A stretch of 7,824 nucleotides of DNA from Octopus sinensis. Taxonomy: Eukaryota. The notes under the pieces are model-generated. The model saw only the letters and a list, made by a program, of their open reading frames with translations, searched no databases and was not told where the DNA came from. A program made the position numbers and the translations under genes. Each line of letters begins with the position of its first letter. Positions within the stretch are counted from its first letter, which is position 1. The stretch covers positions 1-7,824 of the forward strand of contig NW_021828664.1 in assembly GCF_006345805.1 (NCBI RefSeq). Direction: 5' to 3'. Below, piece by piece: positions 7,100 through 7,824 of this stretch.

Positions 7100-7313
7100 A
7101 TAATTGGCAGAATCGTTACCAAGTTAGGCAAATCCCTTAATGGTGTTTCGTCTGTCTTCACGTTCTCGGCTAAAATTCCGCCGAGGTCGGCTTTGCCCTC
7201 CATCTTTTCGGATTCCAGAAAATAAATACCTTTTGAACATCGGGGACGAAGGAATCGACTTACTAATCTATCTAGAAATTGCTGGCCTTGTGCCAAAATT
7301 TGAAATCAATATT
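7100..7313 (+). mobile_element. SINE family B, near full length but diverged
   Basis: A-box-like TGGCAGAATCG 7105-7115, decayed B-box region (ggctaaaattccgccgaggtcggctttgcc), 3' part ggccttgtgccaaaatttgaaa; second copy at 1575-1700. Confidence 0.7.
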
Positions 7314-7632
7314 ATTGGATAATTAATCATCACGCTTTTTAAATATTCAGGGTAAAATGGATCATTCAGGAGAGAACAAACATTACTTTTAACCTCGCAA
7401 AGTCGGTGAGCTGGCAGAAGATGGTGAGTTAGCAGAAAATGGTACATTGAAACAAGCCAATAAGGAGGTACAAGAGGGCGAGTGAGCACAATGTGGAGTA
7501 CCGATTCAAATGCACTCGGCCAGTATAATGTGACGCGTTGAAACAGGGTACAGAGCTGGCAGAAGGCTGGGCGCTTGCACCAGGCATAGGGTTGTTACAG
7601 TGGCAATCTGACAGGAACCATTGAGTTGGTGC

Positions 7633-7824
7633 AAGGCGGCACACTAGTAAGGAGGCACAAAGCAGCTTAGCCGGCAGAAGGCGGCACACTAGTAAGGAGG
7701 CACAAAGCAGCTTAGCTGGCAGACGGCGGCACACTAGTAAGGAGGCACAAAGCAGCTTAGCCGGCAGAAGGCGGCACACTAGTAAGGAGGCACAAAGCAG
7801 CTTAGCCGGCAGAAGGCGGCACAC
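7633..7824. repeat. 45-bp GC-rich minisatellite, at least 4.3 copies, cut by window end
   Basis: Unit aaggcggcacactagtaaggaggcacaaagcagcttagccggcag starts at 7633, 7678, 7723, 7768, 7813; only two substitutions (7717, 7724). Confidence 0.98.

Noticed and set aside
7633-7824. CRISPR array
   Set aside because: Contiguous identical 45-bp units with no unique spacers, eukaryotic context, no cas genes.
7429-7824. 131-aa minus-strand ORF as a gene
   Set aside because: About half its length is the 45-bp repeat, it is open at the window edge and has no recognisable domain.

Overview
AT-rich, microsatellite-dense eukaryotic non-coding DNA (intron or intergenic). The repeat content looks like coleoid cephalopod (Octopus-like) genome; this is recognition from memory, not a database result. 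Nearly all listed ORFs are artefacts of (TA)n/(CA)n/(CAN)n tracts or of repeats, and no complete protein-coding gene is supported. The window holds: several copies of two tRNA-derived SINE families; a 234-bp Tc1/mariner-type MITE with TA target-site duplication; a young 45-bp minisatellite at the right edge; one candidate small exon encoding a signal-peptide-like stretch; and four dispersed Penelope-like terminal fragments. Each of these four carries a variant minimal hammerhead-ribozyme-like motif (YYGNNGA-A-GAGC-loop-GCTC-GAAA-short palindrome). Two are near-identical inverted copies, and the + strand pieces occur in permuted order, suggesting a small ribozyme-bearing (retrozyme-like) non-autonomous element.
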